Below are positions 9,075 to 18,288 of a DNA stretch of 51,940 nt, in pieces. How positions within the stretch are numbered: position 1 is the stretch's first letter; every line of letters begins with the position of its first letter. The position numbers and the translations under genes are program-made. The notes below the pieces were generated by a model, which ran no database searches, was not told the origin of the DNA, and saw nothing but the letters and a program-made list of their open reading frames with translations. This DNA comes from Eubacteriales bacterium (GTDB lineage: Bacteria; Bacillota; Clostridia; Oscillospirales; CAG-382), in assembly GCA_045533895.1 (NCBI GenBank), contig JAZSIT010000020.1, forward strand, positions 1 to 51,940, read 5' to 3'.

Positions 9075-10241
9075 ATGCAAATTAAATTAGGCGAACAGAT
9101 AAAAGCATACCGCCGCAAGGACGGCAGAACTCAAGAGGACCTTGCGTCCGCCCTTGGCGTTACTGCTCAGGCAGTCTCCCGTTGGGAAAAGGGGATATGT
9201 TATCCCGATATGGAGTTAATGCCCCCTATGGCAAATTATTTCGGCGTGTCTATCGATGAGCTTTTCGGTTATAACAATGAGCGTACAAAAAAGATAGATT
9301 CACTGGCAGCCAAGATAAATGATATGAACCGTATGAATAATGGCTTTGATATCAATATCGATGAATGTATTTCACTGGCAAGGGACGGCTTGGTAGAGTT
9401 TCCCGGTAACGAGAAGATAATGCTTTGCCTTGCTTCGGTGTTATATAACGCAGGCTACGTCCGCTACGGAGAACGGCATTATACAGACAGCGACGGATAT
9501 GACGTTTATGACGTTGAGACTCATCGCACCTATGCCGAATGGAAAGAAGCGATAAAGCTTTATGAAAAGCTTGTTTCCACTCTTGAAGATGACGCACTGC
9601 GTCACAAAGCCATTAGCGATCTTGCACAGTTATATCTCAATACCGGAGAATATGAGAAGGCGAAATCTCTTGCTCAAGCAGTGCCCGATATTTTCGGTTG
9701 CCGTGAGTTTTTGATGTTCAAGACCTGCGACGGCGCGAAAAAGGCGGAGCTGTACGGCGAAACTCTTATGAAAATGGTTGGTATATCTGCGGAAATGCTT
9801 GTTGATACAGCGTCAATGATGAGCAACCGCATAAGCTCGGAAGATATGATCGTATTTATCAAAAACGCTATCGGTATGTTTGATATTGTATGTACCGACG
9901 GAGAGTACGGATTGTATCGTTTTACCGTTGCGCTATTGTATTTATATCTTTCTACACACCAATGGCGTTGCGGCAAAAAGGATGATTCTTTTGAATCCCT
10001 CAATAAAGCGCTGGAACACACAAAGAAATACACTTCATTTGCCGGAGATACAGACGCGGTGTATTCGTCTCCGTTGTTGAAAACAGTGAAAATCAATCCC
10101 ACGGGATGTGATTGCTGTTCTGCGGCGGCGCTTCCCGATTATTGGCCTTGGATATGTATTCCCGGTTGCGGAGATATTCAGGCAGAAATGCAGTCCGACC
10201 CCAGATGGGCAGAGTGGGTAGAAAAGTGTAACAGCAAATAG
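9075..10241 (+). CDS. XRE-family HTH transcriptional regulator with TPR-like C-terminal domain
   Basis: HTH_3 (RTQEDLASALGVTAQAVSRWEKG) plus a helical-repeat domain. ATG at 9075 follows GGAGG. Confidence 0.8.
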   Translation: MQIKLGEQIKAYRRKDGRTQEDLASALGVTAQAVSRWEKGICYPDMELMPPMANYFGVSIDELFGYNNERTKKIDSLAAKINDMNRMNNGFDINIDECISLARDGLVEFPGNEKIMLCLASVLYNAGYVRYGERHYTDSDGYDVYDVETHRTYAEWKEAIKLYEKLVSTLEDDALRHKAISDLAQLYLNTGEYEKAKSLAQAVPDIFGCREFLMFKTCDGAKKAELYGETLMKMVGISAEMLVDTASMMSNRISSEDMIVFIKNAIGMFDIVCTDGEYGLYRFTVALLYLYLSTHQWRCGKKDDSFESLNKALEHTKKYTSFAGDTDAVYSSPLLKTVKINPTGCDCCSAAALPDYWPWICIPGCGDIQAEMQSDPRWAEWVEKCNSK

Positions 10242-10267
10242 ATGTGCCGCCTTGCAAAACAGTTTTT

Positions 10268-10310
10268 ACAGCCGATGGGTATGCCGTTACCCGTCGGCTG
10301 TAATCTTTTA
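10268..10310 (+). terminator. intrinsic terminator after the HTH-TPR gene
   Basis: 13-bp stem ACAGCCGATGGGT / ACCCGTCGGCTGT followed by AATCTTTT. Confidence 0.65.
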
Positions 10311-10331
10311 TATGAAAAATCCTGAAAATTC

Positions 10332-10360
10332 TTGTAATTTCCCCTTTTTGGTGTTACAAT
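10332..10360 (+). promoter_or_regulatory. sigma-A-type promoter of udk cluster
   Basis: TTGTAA-N17-TACAAT. Confidence 0.5.
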
Positions 10361-10414
10361 CAAAATACAAACAGTCTTGCTGTAATTCATTACACATTAG
10401 CGTGGTGACAAGAT

Positions 10415-10972
10415 ATGAAAAACTGTATTGTTATCGGCATTGCGGGCGGCAGTGCTTCGGGCAAATCCACATTCGCAAAGCTGTTGGTAAACCAATTTCC
10501 GCAATATAATGTTAAGCTGTTGGCGATGGATTCCTATTTTAAGCAAGAAGAGCATCTTCCTCTTGTTATCGTAGAAAACGGCAATACATACCGAGATTAT
10601 AACTGTCCCGAGTCCTTTGAACTTTGCCGTATGAGAGCTGATATACAGAGCTTTAAGGCAGACACTGATATTTTGATAATCGAAGGGCTTCTTACTTTGT
10701 GGGATGAGGATATTCGCAGTGAATGTCATATAAAGGTGTTTGTGGATTGTCCGGCGGACATACGTATCGTCCGAAGAATAAAACGGAATATGGGCTGGGG
10801 CTTGAGCCTTGATGATATAACCGATGTTTATCTTGATCTTGTTCGTTTCCGACATAATGAGTTTGTAGAACCATCGAAGCAATATGCGGACATTATAATT
10901 GATTCCTCTAAAGGCGTTGAAACTGAAGTGAAGGCTGTAAAAAATCTAATTAATACTGTTAATGAGGTGTGA
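10415..10972 (+). CDS. udk: uridine kinase
   Basis: GIAGGSASGKST P-loop, DSYF motif, typical length. Confidence 0.85.
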   Translation: MKNCIVIGIAGGSASGKSTFAKLLVNQFPQYNVKLLAMDSYFKQEEHLPLVIVENGNTYRDYNCPESFELCRMRADIQSFKADTDILIIEGLLTLWDEDIRSECHIKVFVDCPADIRIVRRIKRNMGWGLSLDDITDVYLDLVRFRHNEFVEPSKQYADIIIDSSKGVETEVKAVKNLINTVNEV

Positions 10973-10974
10973 AA

Positions 10975-11847
10975 ATGGGTGTGTGGAGCGCAACAATTAC
11001 AGGAAATGATACAGCAAGAGATTTGAAATCCGAATATCAGGCTGCGTTTTTTTATTATGATATTGATACAGCCTTGACAAAGATAGACCAATATGTTCGT
11101 GATGAGTGGTTTACAGAATCCGATGAGGGCGAATGGTGCAATTACTATTATTCACTTGCCGATTATATGTGGAACAAAGGTATTTTGACTGATTCTGTAA
11201 GAGACAAAGCGGTGCAGATGATTGATAGTGGATTTGGTTTGGCGCTTTGGGCTGAAGAGGGAGAAAAACTACTTGTAAAACGCAAAAAAGCATTGGCAGA
11301 GTTTCGGAAAAAAATCACATCACCTCAAGGTGAAAAAAAGAAGATACGTGTAGATCTATATACAACTTCCATCTTTGAACTTGGAGACATTGTAACGTTT
11401 CAATTGAAAACGGATGACAAAATTTATCTTCCTGAAAAAAGTCGGTTTAGTGAAGATTTTTTCAGGAAAGCCAATGGAAAATATGTAGTGGCTCGAAAGG
11501 TTATAGACCATATATCATACAGTTCACACGTTGTACCCGAAGTGGCTGATCACTGGTGTGTATTTCAATTATATCGCGGTGTTTTTGATACTCCGCCGAG
11601 CATGTCTGATTTGAAAAACAACGCTTGGTTTAATATAAATCATAGAAGTAGCGTTTTTATTTGCGAAAGCAACATGTTTTATTTCAAAAAACGTAATTAC
11701 GGTTTGATTGGTAATGAAGTCGTACATCCGATGCGATTTGATCAATATAAACACAACAGCATATTTTTTGGAATTAACAATTCGTATTATAATGCAGATA
11801 CGCAATTAATTAACTTTATTATAAGTGGCGATATAGCAAGGTGGTAG
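10975..11847 (+). CDS. hypothetical protein, N-terminus DUF4259-like
   Basis: ATG at 10975 after GAGGTG, 2 nt after the udk stop. MGVWSATITGNDTARDL resembles DUF4259 N-termini. The rest is unrecognised. Looks AT-rich by eye. Confidence 0.5.
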   Translation: MGVWSATITGNDTARDLKSEYQAAFFYYDIDTALTKIDQYVRDEWFTESDEGEWCNYYYSLADYMWNKGILTDSVRDKAVQMIDSGFGLALWAEEGEKLLVKRKKALAEFRKKITSPQGEKKKIRVDLYTTSIFELGDIVTFQLKTDDKIYLPEKSRFSEDFFRKANGKYVVARKVIDHISYSSHVVPEVADHWCVFQLYRGVFDTPPSMSDLKNNAWFNINHRSSVFICESNMFYFKKRNYGLIGNEVVHPMRFDQYKHNSIFFGINNSYYNADTQLINFIISGDIARW

Positions 11848-11864
11848 TTGAACGGAGGTTTATT

Positions 11865-12815
11865 ATGCATTGGTTATGGTGGGTATTGATTTCCGCCGGT
11901 ATAATTATATTACTTGTGTTTTTGACTGCACTTATATGCTTTTTCAAGGTGTTTTATTCGCCCAAGAGAAAGCCTTTGGGAGAGAATGATTTTCCCATAC
12001 CCGACGGCGAAATATACGAGCCCTTCCGTGAAGAGATGGTAAACTGGATAAAAATGACCCGCAGTATGCCTTATGAAAGAGTGAGCATTAAGTCCTTTGA
12101 CGGTCTTACTCTTCGCGGCAAATATTACGAGTGTGCGCCCGGTGCGCCTGTGGAATTGCAGTTCCACGGCTACAAGGGATGTGCGGAGCGTGATATGAGC
12201 GGCGGTGTGGAGAGGGCATTTGCCTTGGGCAGAAGCGTAATGCTTATCGACCAACGCGCAAGCGGTGAAAGCGACGGACACGTTATCTCTTTCGGCATAA
12301 ACGAGCACAAGGATTGCCTTAAATGGGTTGAATATGCTGTAGAGCGGTTTGGAAAAGACGTTAAAATAATACTTACAGGAATTTCCATGGGCGCGGCAAC
12401 CGTGGTAATGGCATCGGGCAAGCAACTGCCGGACAACGTGGTGTGCGTTCTTGCCGATTGCGGCTACGATTCCGCAAAAGCGATAATTATGAAGGTGATT
12501 TCCGAAATGGAATTGCCTGCAAAGCTCCTTTATCCCTTTGTTAAGCTGGGTGCGCGCGTTTACGGCGGTTTTGACTTAGAGGAGACCTCTCCCGTGGAAG
12601 CTGTGAAAAACTGCAAGGTGCCCCTTATAATGTTCCACGGCGACACAGATGCCTTCGTTCCGTACGAAATGAGCGAAAAGGTATATGCCGCCTGCCCTCA
12701 TAAAAACAAAAGGCTGGTTAAAATAGCGGGCGCGGGACACGGACTTGCGTTCCCCGTTGACAAGGAGCTGTATATTAACTCAATGCGTGAAACTATAATT
12801 GAGTGGAATCTGTAA
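11865..12815 (+). CDS. membrane-anchored alpha/beta hydrolase
   Basis: N-terminal TM helix, GISMGAA nucleophile elbow, C-terminal D/H motifs. GGAGG SD before the ATG at 11865. Confidence 0.8.
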   Translation: MHWLWWVLISAGIIILLVFLTALICFFKVFYSPKRKPLGENDFPIPDGEIYEPFREEMVNWIKMTRSMPYERVSIKSFDGLTLRGKYYECAPGAPVELQFHGYKGCAERDMSGGVERAFALGRSVMLIDQRASGESDGHVISFGINEHKDCLKWVEYAVERFGKDVKIILTGISMGAATVVMASGKQLPDNVVCVLADCGYDSAKAIIMKVISEMELPAKLLYPFVKLGARVYGGFDLEETSPVEAVKNCKVPLIMFHGDTDAFVPYEMSEKVYAACPHKNKRLVKIAGAGHGLAFPVDKELYINSMRETIIEWNL

Positions 12816-12873
12816 AGATACCCCACAAAACTGCGTTTTGCGGGGCCTCTATGTAGGGTCGGGCGTCCGATTT

Positions 12874-12913
12874 GGGGTCCCTGCGAACGCGATAAGCGTT
12901 CGTGGGGTGAATC
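12874..12913 (+). repeat. single hairpin element related to the 39840 repeat
   Basis: GGGGTCCC-TGCGAACGC-GATAA-GCGTTCGTG-GGGTGA. Same flanks and geometry, different but complementary stem. Confidence 0.7.
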
Positions 12914-12950
12914 TTCGACCGCCCGAAAAAAACGCTCCCCACAAAAAACC

Positions 12951-12980
12951 AAAGGCTGTGGTTTTGTCCACAGCCTTTTT
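12951..12980. terminator. bidirectional terminator between the hydrolase and acyltransferase genes
   Basis: AAAGGCTGTGG-TTTTGT-CCACAGCCTTT with flanking A and T runs. Confidence 0.7.
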
Positions 12981-12981
12981 G

Positions 12982-14244
12982 CTATTTGCTTTTGCGCACC
13001 TTTTCAAGATGCATTTGGTATATCGCTTCGGTGGCAAACGCCATTTTGGTAATAACGTTTTGCTTTTCGGGGAAGCAATAAAAGGAATCGTCCTCAGTGG
13101 AAATATCCACGCAGTCAAGGGGCTTAATATGAGGAAAATCGTATTCCACGTGAAGACTGTTTATCTGCAGGGGCGTGCGCTGTATACGGTAATCCTCACC
13201 GCGGTAATGTCCTTTTATAACAAACCCGTTTTCATAGTCGTGGGTAAAGGTGGCTTTTCCCAGAGGGCGGAAGCGCCAGCAGTGGGGAAGGGAATGTACG
13301 TCAACCTCATCCTCAAAATAATAGGTGCCGTTTTCCACTTCTTTTTTCACCTGTTCTCTTTCCCATTCAAACCAATCGGGCACGTGGGAAAACTCGGTTT
13401 CTCCGTTTATGGCGGATAGGGTTCCGTCTTCATTAAGGTTCCACCGCTTTGAGCAAGCGGTACAGAATATTTCCGTCCCCTTGCTGTCCATCTTGCTTTC
13501 CGCAAGGCAGTGGGGGCATTTGTAAAGTATTTTGTGCATTCCCTCTGCGCGGAAGGGCTCGGTTATAAGAATACCGTTTTCCTTTTGGTATTTATAATCG
13601 TCGTAAATAAATGCCTTTTGCAGTATTTTATTAATTTCGTCTGCAGAAAGGGTTGCGGCTTGCTCTGCGGTTATTATTTGAGTAAAGGTGGTGTGCAGGG
13701 GCACCTTTCTCTTTTTTCGGAAATTCCAAAATGGTGCGTGCAAATGGTTTCCGTGGTGGATAGCAACTACCACAGGCACCTTTCTGCGGCGTATAAGCAT
13801 TCCCAAAGAATCGGGCAGATAGGACGTAGTTCCGCAGGGAGAATATCTCGCTTCGGGATACATACAAAGTATATCGCCTCTATCCAAAACATTTTTAATG
13901 GATTTGAGCAAATGCATATCTGTGGTGAATTTTCGGGTACATATTGCGCCGATCCACTCCATAAGCCAAGGACGCATATAATATCCGTCTATATTAACCA
14001 CGTTGTTTACTCTGCTCGGATACGTCGCCAGCGCCACCATCTCAAAATCCACAAATGCCATGTGGTTGCTCAACAGCAAATAGGGCGGTTTCAGACCGTC
14101 CATATTTATTTTTTCAATACTGTGCTTTTTGTTTGAAAGCATTATTTTGGATAATACCCATATAAGCCAAGTAAGGTATATTGGTTGGCGTATAGGATAT
14201 TTTGCGGTTTTATAGTGTCTTTTGTTTTTGTAGTTTATATTCAC
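12982..14244 (-). CDS. lysophospholipid acyltransferase family protein with internal Cys4 zinc-ribbon
   Basis: HX4D (SNHMAFVD), YPEARYS motif, CPHC...CTAC ribbon. GTG start with AAGGAAA SD. Confidence 0.7.
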   Translation of the reverse strand: MNINYKNKRHYKTAKYPIRQPIYLTWLIWVLSKIMLSNKKHSIEKINMDGLKPPYLLLSNHMAFVDFEMVALATYPSRVNNVVNIDGYYMRPWLMEWIGAICTRKFTTDMHLLKSIKNVLDRGDILCMYPEARYSPCGTTSYLPDSLGMLIRRRKVPVVVAIHHGNHLHAPFWNFRKKRKVPLHTTFTQIITAEQAATLSADEINKILQKAFIYDDYKYQKENGILITEPFRAEGMHKILYKCPHCLAESKMDSKGTEIFCTACSKRWNLNEDGTLSAINGETEFSHVPDWFEWEREQVKKEVENGTYYFEDEVDVHSLPHCWRFRPLGKATFTHDYENGFVIKGHYRGEDYRIQRTPLQINSLHVEYDFPHIKPLDCVDISTEDDSFYCFPEKQNVITKMAFATEAIYQMHLEKVRKSK

Positions 14245-14367
14245 TTGCTTTTTCCTTTTATAGTTTTGTTTATTGTACTATGTAATTTACAAAAACACAA
14301 GTGAATTTATCAAATTCTGTTCTTAAAATTCTCGTTTGCACATATATATTATGCGGAGGGATATTTA

Positions 14368-15444
14368 ATGTTAAGGATAAGACGTGCACAAAAACAAAAA
14401 ATCTTTCGTATAGGCATATCTGTTTTATGCGTAGCGGCGTTTATGCTGGCGGCGTTTTCGGTTCCCGCAGTGGCGCGTGCTCTGCCGGATACCATTTGCG
14501 GATTTATTGCCGCAGGGGTAATGAAGGATGAATACGCGGAAATTATGAAAAGCTTTACTTCTCGTTATGTCATTCCCGAAAGCTATGTGGAGTGTGTTCC
14601 CGTTTCTCTTTCGGCAGTACCGGGATATGATTACGAGGAGGAAACGTCCCCTGCCATTCCGGAGGGCGTTGAAACGGTTATCGAAAAAGACCTTCGGGGA
14701 TATTCCGAAAAGCCACTTCTTTTATTAAGCAATCAGACAAGCTATAGCGTAGATTTGGAAAAATTAAACCTTCTTTCCTTGCCTTTCTCCTTTTATGTAG
14801 ATAATAGCCAACCGGTGGTACTTATTCTCCATACACACGGCACAGAGTCGTATTTGCCGGACGGAATAAATTATTATTCGCCCGACACAACCTTTCGCAG
14901 TGACGATATTACCGAAAACGTGGTGTCTGTAGGCAAGGTAATTGCAGATGCGCTTAACGAAGCAGGCATACCTACTATTCACGATACCACAATGTATGAT
15001 GCGGAAAGCTATAATTCCGCCTATACCAATTCCCGCAATGCCGCCAGAGAGTGGCTTGAAAAATATCCGTCTATCAAATGTATAATTGATGTTCATCGCG
15101 ATGCAATAGTTGATGCTGACGGAAATAACCTAAAACCGGTTGTTTTGCTTGACGGCACTTCTTCCGCACAGCTTATGCTGGTGGTTGGTACCGATGACGC
15201 AGGCGCAAACCACAAGAATTGGAAAGATAATCTCACCTTTGCCGCCATGCTTCAACAGCAGGCAAACACAGACTATACCGGCCTTATGCGCCCCATAAAT
15301 CTGCGCAGAGCAAGCTTTAATCAGCAGCTTGCACCGGGTTCTTTTTTGCTTGAAGTCGGCTCCTGCGCCAATACCGTGACCGAGGCACGCAACGCCGCCC
15401 AATATTTCGCTTCCGCATTTATCAGACTTTATTACAGCAAGTAA
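14368..15444 (+). CDS. spoIIP: stage II sporulation protein P
   Basis: ILHTHGTESY and IDVHRDA motifs, N-terminal TM segment, GGAGGG SD. Confidence 0.85.
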   Translation: MLRIRRAQKQKIFRIGISVLCVAAFMLAAFSVPAVARALPDTICGFIAAGVMKDEYAEIMKSFTSRYVIPESYVECVPVSLSAVPGYDYEEETSPAIPEGVETVIEKDLRGYSEKPLLLLSNQTSYSVDLEKLNLLSLPFSFYVDNSQPVVLILHTHGTESYLPDGINYYSPDTTFRSDDITENVVSVGKVIADALNEAGIPTIHDTTMYDAESYNSAYTNSRNAAREWLEKYPSIKCIIDVHRDAIVDADGNNLKPVVLLDGTSSAQLMLVVGTDDAGANHKNWKDNLTFAAMLQQQANTDYTGLMRPINLRRASFNQQLAPGSFLLEVGSCANTVTEARNAAQYFASAFIRLYYSK

Positions 15445-15472
15445 AAAATCTCCCCCTTTGGGGAGATTTTTA
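15444..15472. terminator. bidirectional terminator between spoIIP and the PBP gene
   Basis: AAAAATCTCCCC-CTTT-GGGGAGATTTTT. Confidence 0.8.
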
Positions 15473-15541
15473 TGCTATTGCGTGGTGTTGTTTTAGGTGG
15501 TGATTTTTTGTGGTAAAAACCTTTTGTGGGGGGATAGTCTC

Positions 15542-18283
15542 TTACCAGTCCCACCAAGGAATCTCGTCCTCAGAGGTTTCGCCGGAGGTATCGGGGTCCT
15601 CGGGCTTGGAATCTTCAAAGAAGAAATGCTCAAGACAAATTCTGTTGAAGGGGAGGTCAACACCGCTTGTACCAAACCAGTATCTGCGCTCTATCTCTTC
15701 CTCCTCGTCATAGTAGGTTCCTGCCAGATTGTCATAAAAGGGCAGTGAAGGATCGGAAGGATACATATAGTCAACGGGCAGTTCGCGGTAAGTGTACTGC
15801 GCGTCAGCAATAGTTACTTGCTTAAGAAACAGTCTTGACGGTGTGTGACGGAATCCCAACGTAATTGTATTTTCGCACTTGCAGCCGGGAAGGCAGATTG
15901 CTTTTGTTGCCGTATCCCAGTTGACGGCAACATGGGTAGCGCAGTCAACAGAAGGAAGTGTATCTAACGTGAAGTAACCCGTGTCTATGCAAGCGGACTG
16001 ACCGCCTAGTATATGCGCCGCATCGTTTTGGCATGCTTCGGTTACAAGATCGCCGGAAAGCGTGCAAAATTCTGCTGTAATTACACTAGCGGGACGGTCG
16101 AACTCAAGCTGGTAATCAATTTCGTTTTCGTCCATATAAGCATAAATTTTCTCAAAAGTATAGTTCCACAGCATTGCCGCAGGGTTTTGCGTGTTGGTTG
16201 TAATGGTTTTGTTGTTGTCATATCCGTACCAACAGCAAGCAACGAAATCGGGAGTATAACCTGCAAAATAATAATCACGCTTTGAGGTTGTGGTACCTGT
16301 TTTACCGCATACTTCCAATCCGGGTACCGTGTTTTTCAGGGTAATTGCACGGTAACCTGTACCGGCGGATTCGTGTATGGTGCTCTTTAGCAGACGGCCC
16401 ATAATATACGCGGTATCTTCGCTGTATATCATTTCTTGGTTTATATTCTTTTCAAGTATAACCTCGTCGTTTATATTAAGCACCTTGGTGTAAAGTCTTG
16501 CTTCAGACCATACGCCCTCGTTTGCCAAAGCGGAATAACCTTGGGTCATTTCCATTACGGTAACACCGTAGGTGAAACCGCCCAGCGCCAGAGGAGCTTC
16601 CGCTTTATCCGATTCTTCGATGGTGGTAAAGCCCAAATCTTTGGTAAGATGATCGTAAACGTTATTAATACCAAGTTGTGTCAGCGTGGCTACGGCAGTT
16701 GTGTTTTTGGATTTCATTACCGCATATTTGAAAGAAACCAAACCGTCGTAACGCAGTTCTGCGTTGCTGGGCCAATATTTATCGTTTACCAGCATCTGAG
16801 GTACGTCGTCAATACTGCTTCCGTAGGTGTACAACCCTTTTTCCAATGCCAGCGTATACACCGATAGCGGCTTGATTGACGAACCCGGCTGACGCTTACT
16901 CATAGTAGCGCGGTTAAGCCCGCGGGATTCCTTCTTTTCTCCTCTGCCGCCAACAAGTGCAAGGACATCTCCCGTGTCGGGATCCATAAGCACCATTGCG
17001 CCTTGCGCTTTAACACCGCTTGCTTCGGGCCAGTATTTGTCGTTTATAAATACTTCTTCCATACTTGCTTGCAAAGCGGGATCCATGCAGATATATATCT
17101 TTAGCCCGCCGGAGAATATCAGGTTGGAAGCCGTGCTTCTGTCATATCCGTATTCTTTTCCGAGATCGGCTATAACTTCCTCAATAACTGCGTCTATATA
17201 ATAATTGTGTATAGCAGTGGTATTGTCAACACCTTCGCCGGAATACAGTTCCAGAGGAGCGTCATAGGCTTCATTATATTCTTCCTGAGTAATCTTTTTC
17301 TGTCTAAGCATTTCGCGCAGAACAAGATTTCTTCTTTCCAGATTGTTTTGGGGGTTAAGAATAGGGTCGTAGAAAACGGGAGATTTACCTATCGCCGCAA
17401 TGGCGGCACATTCCACCAGCGTCAGATCCTTAAGTTCTTTGTTGAAATAAGTCTCTGCCGCCGCGCATACACCGTTGGTGTTTTGAGACAAATATATGGT
17501 GTTAAGGTACATTTCCAGAATTTCGGATTTTGAATATTTGCTTTCAACATCCAGAGCGCGGAATATTTCTTGTACTTTGCGCTGTATTGTCGCCTCATTC
17601 TCACCGGATACGTTTTTAATAAGCTGCTGTGTTATGGTACTTCCGCCGCCGTAATTGGAGCTGGTAGGAATAAAGAAGTTAAATACAGCCGAGAAAGTAC
17701 GTTTTGCGTCAACGCCCTTGTGATCCCAAAAACGCTGGTCTTCAATTGTAACGTATGCGTCTATAAGGGTTTGGGGAAATTCGTTGTAATTTGCCCACAG
17801 ACGGTTTTCACTGCCGTGGAGACGGTCGTCCGCAAGCTCATGTTCGTTGCCGGCGTCATCTACCCAGTATATCTGTGTAACCTGCTCGGAGGTGAATTTA
17901 AGATTGTCCAGCCCCGAATATTCAAGGTCAACAAAGTTACGTATATAGATAACAAAAGCGCACGCTACCGCAATACCCGTAACCGCGCCGATAAGCAGCA
18001 GGGTAAGCAGAATATTGAGGGCGTATGATAGGGCTTTGTTAAATATAAATCCAATAACGCGGAAGGGGTACCACTTGGCGTTTTTATTAATACTGTCAAG
18101 GGTACGCTTCTCTCGCGGTAAGCGTTTTTTTCTTGCAGGCTTGTCTGCCATCTGACGCAGAGTCTGTGTGTCGGCATCGTCTATAATTATAGTCTTGCCG
18201 CTGTCTTCCGCGCTTGTACGGTTAAAGGCTTCTTCCCGAAATTCAGGCTCCTGCGGTATGTTGTTTTGGTTGTTTTCGTTCAT
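15542..18283 (-). CDS. class A penicillin-binding protein (glycosyltransferase + transpeptidase) with long Cys-rich/acidic C-terminal extension
   Basis: EDQRFWDHKGVD (GT51), SSIKP, SKN and KTGTT (transpeptidase). ATG at 18283 has better SD spacing than the GTG at 18292, which overlaps the dnaE stop. Confidence 0.9.
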   Translation of the reverse strand: MNENNQNNIPQEPEFREEAFNRTSAEDSGKTIIIDDADTQTLRQMADKPARKKRLPREKRTLDSINKNAKWYPFRVIGFIFNKALSYALNILLTLLLIGAVTGIAVACAFVIYIRNFVDLEYSGLDNLKFTSEQVTQIYWVDDAGNEHELADDRLHGSENRLWANYNEFPQTLIDAYVTIEDQRFWDHKGVDAKRTFSAVFNFFIPTSSNYGGGSTITQQLIKNVSGENEATIQRKVQEIFRALDVESKYSKSEILEMYLNTIYLSQNTNGVCAAAETYFNKELKDLTLVECAAIAAIGKSPVFYDPILNPQNNLERRNLVLREMLRQKKITQEEYNEAYDAPLELYSGEGVDNTTAIHNYYIDAVIEEVIADLGKEYGYDRSTASNLIFSGGLKIYICMDPALQASMEEVFINDKYWPEASGVKAQGAMVLMDPDTGDVLALVGGRGEKKESRGLNRATMSKRQPGSSIKPLSVYTLALEKGLYTYGSSIDDVPQMLVNDKYWPSNAELRYDGLVSFKYAVMKSKNTTAVATLTQLGINNVYDHLTKDLGFTTIEESDKAEAPLALGGFTYGVTVMEMTQGYSALANEGVWSEARLYTKVLNINDEVILEKNINQEMIYSEDTAYIMGRLLKSTIHESAGTGYRAITLKNTVPGLEVCGKTGTTTSKRDYYFAGYTPDFVACCWYGYDNNKTITTNTQNPAAMLWNYTFEKIYAYMDENEIDYQLEFDRPASVITAEFCTLSGDLVTEACQNDAAHILGGQSACIDTGYFTLDTLPSVDCATHVAVNWDTATKAICLPGCKCENTITLGFRHTPSRLFLKQVTIADAQYTYRELPVDYMYPSDPSLPFYDNLAGTYYDEEEEIERRYWFGTSGVDLPFNRICLEHFFFEDSKPEDPDTSGETSEDEIPWWDW

Positions 18284-18288
18284 TTGGT

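Noticed and set aside
12821-12830. 10-mer CCCCACAAAA occurring three times in intergenic DNA (12821, 12937 and on the minus strand at 15522-15531)
   Set aside because: The motif is short and A/C-rich. In each case it forms part of a local hairpin or the A-tract flank of a terminator. That is not enough to call a motif without a genome-wide count.
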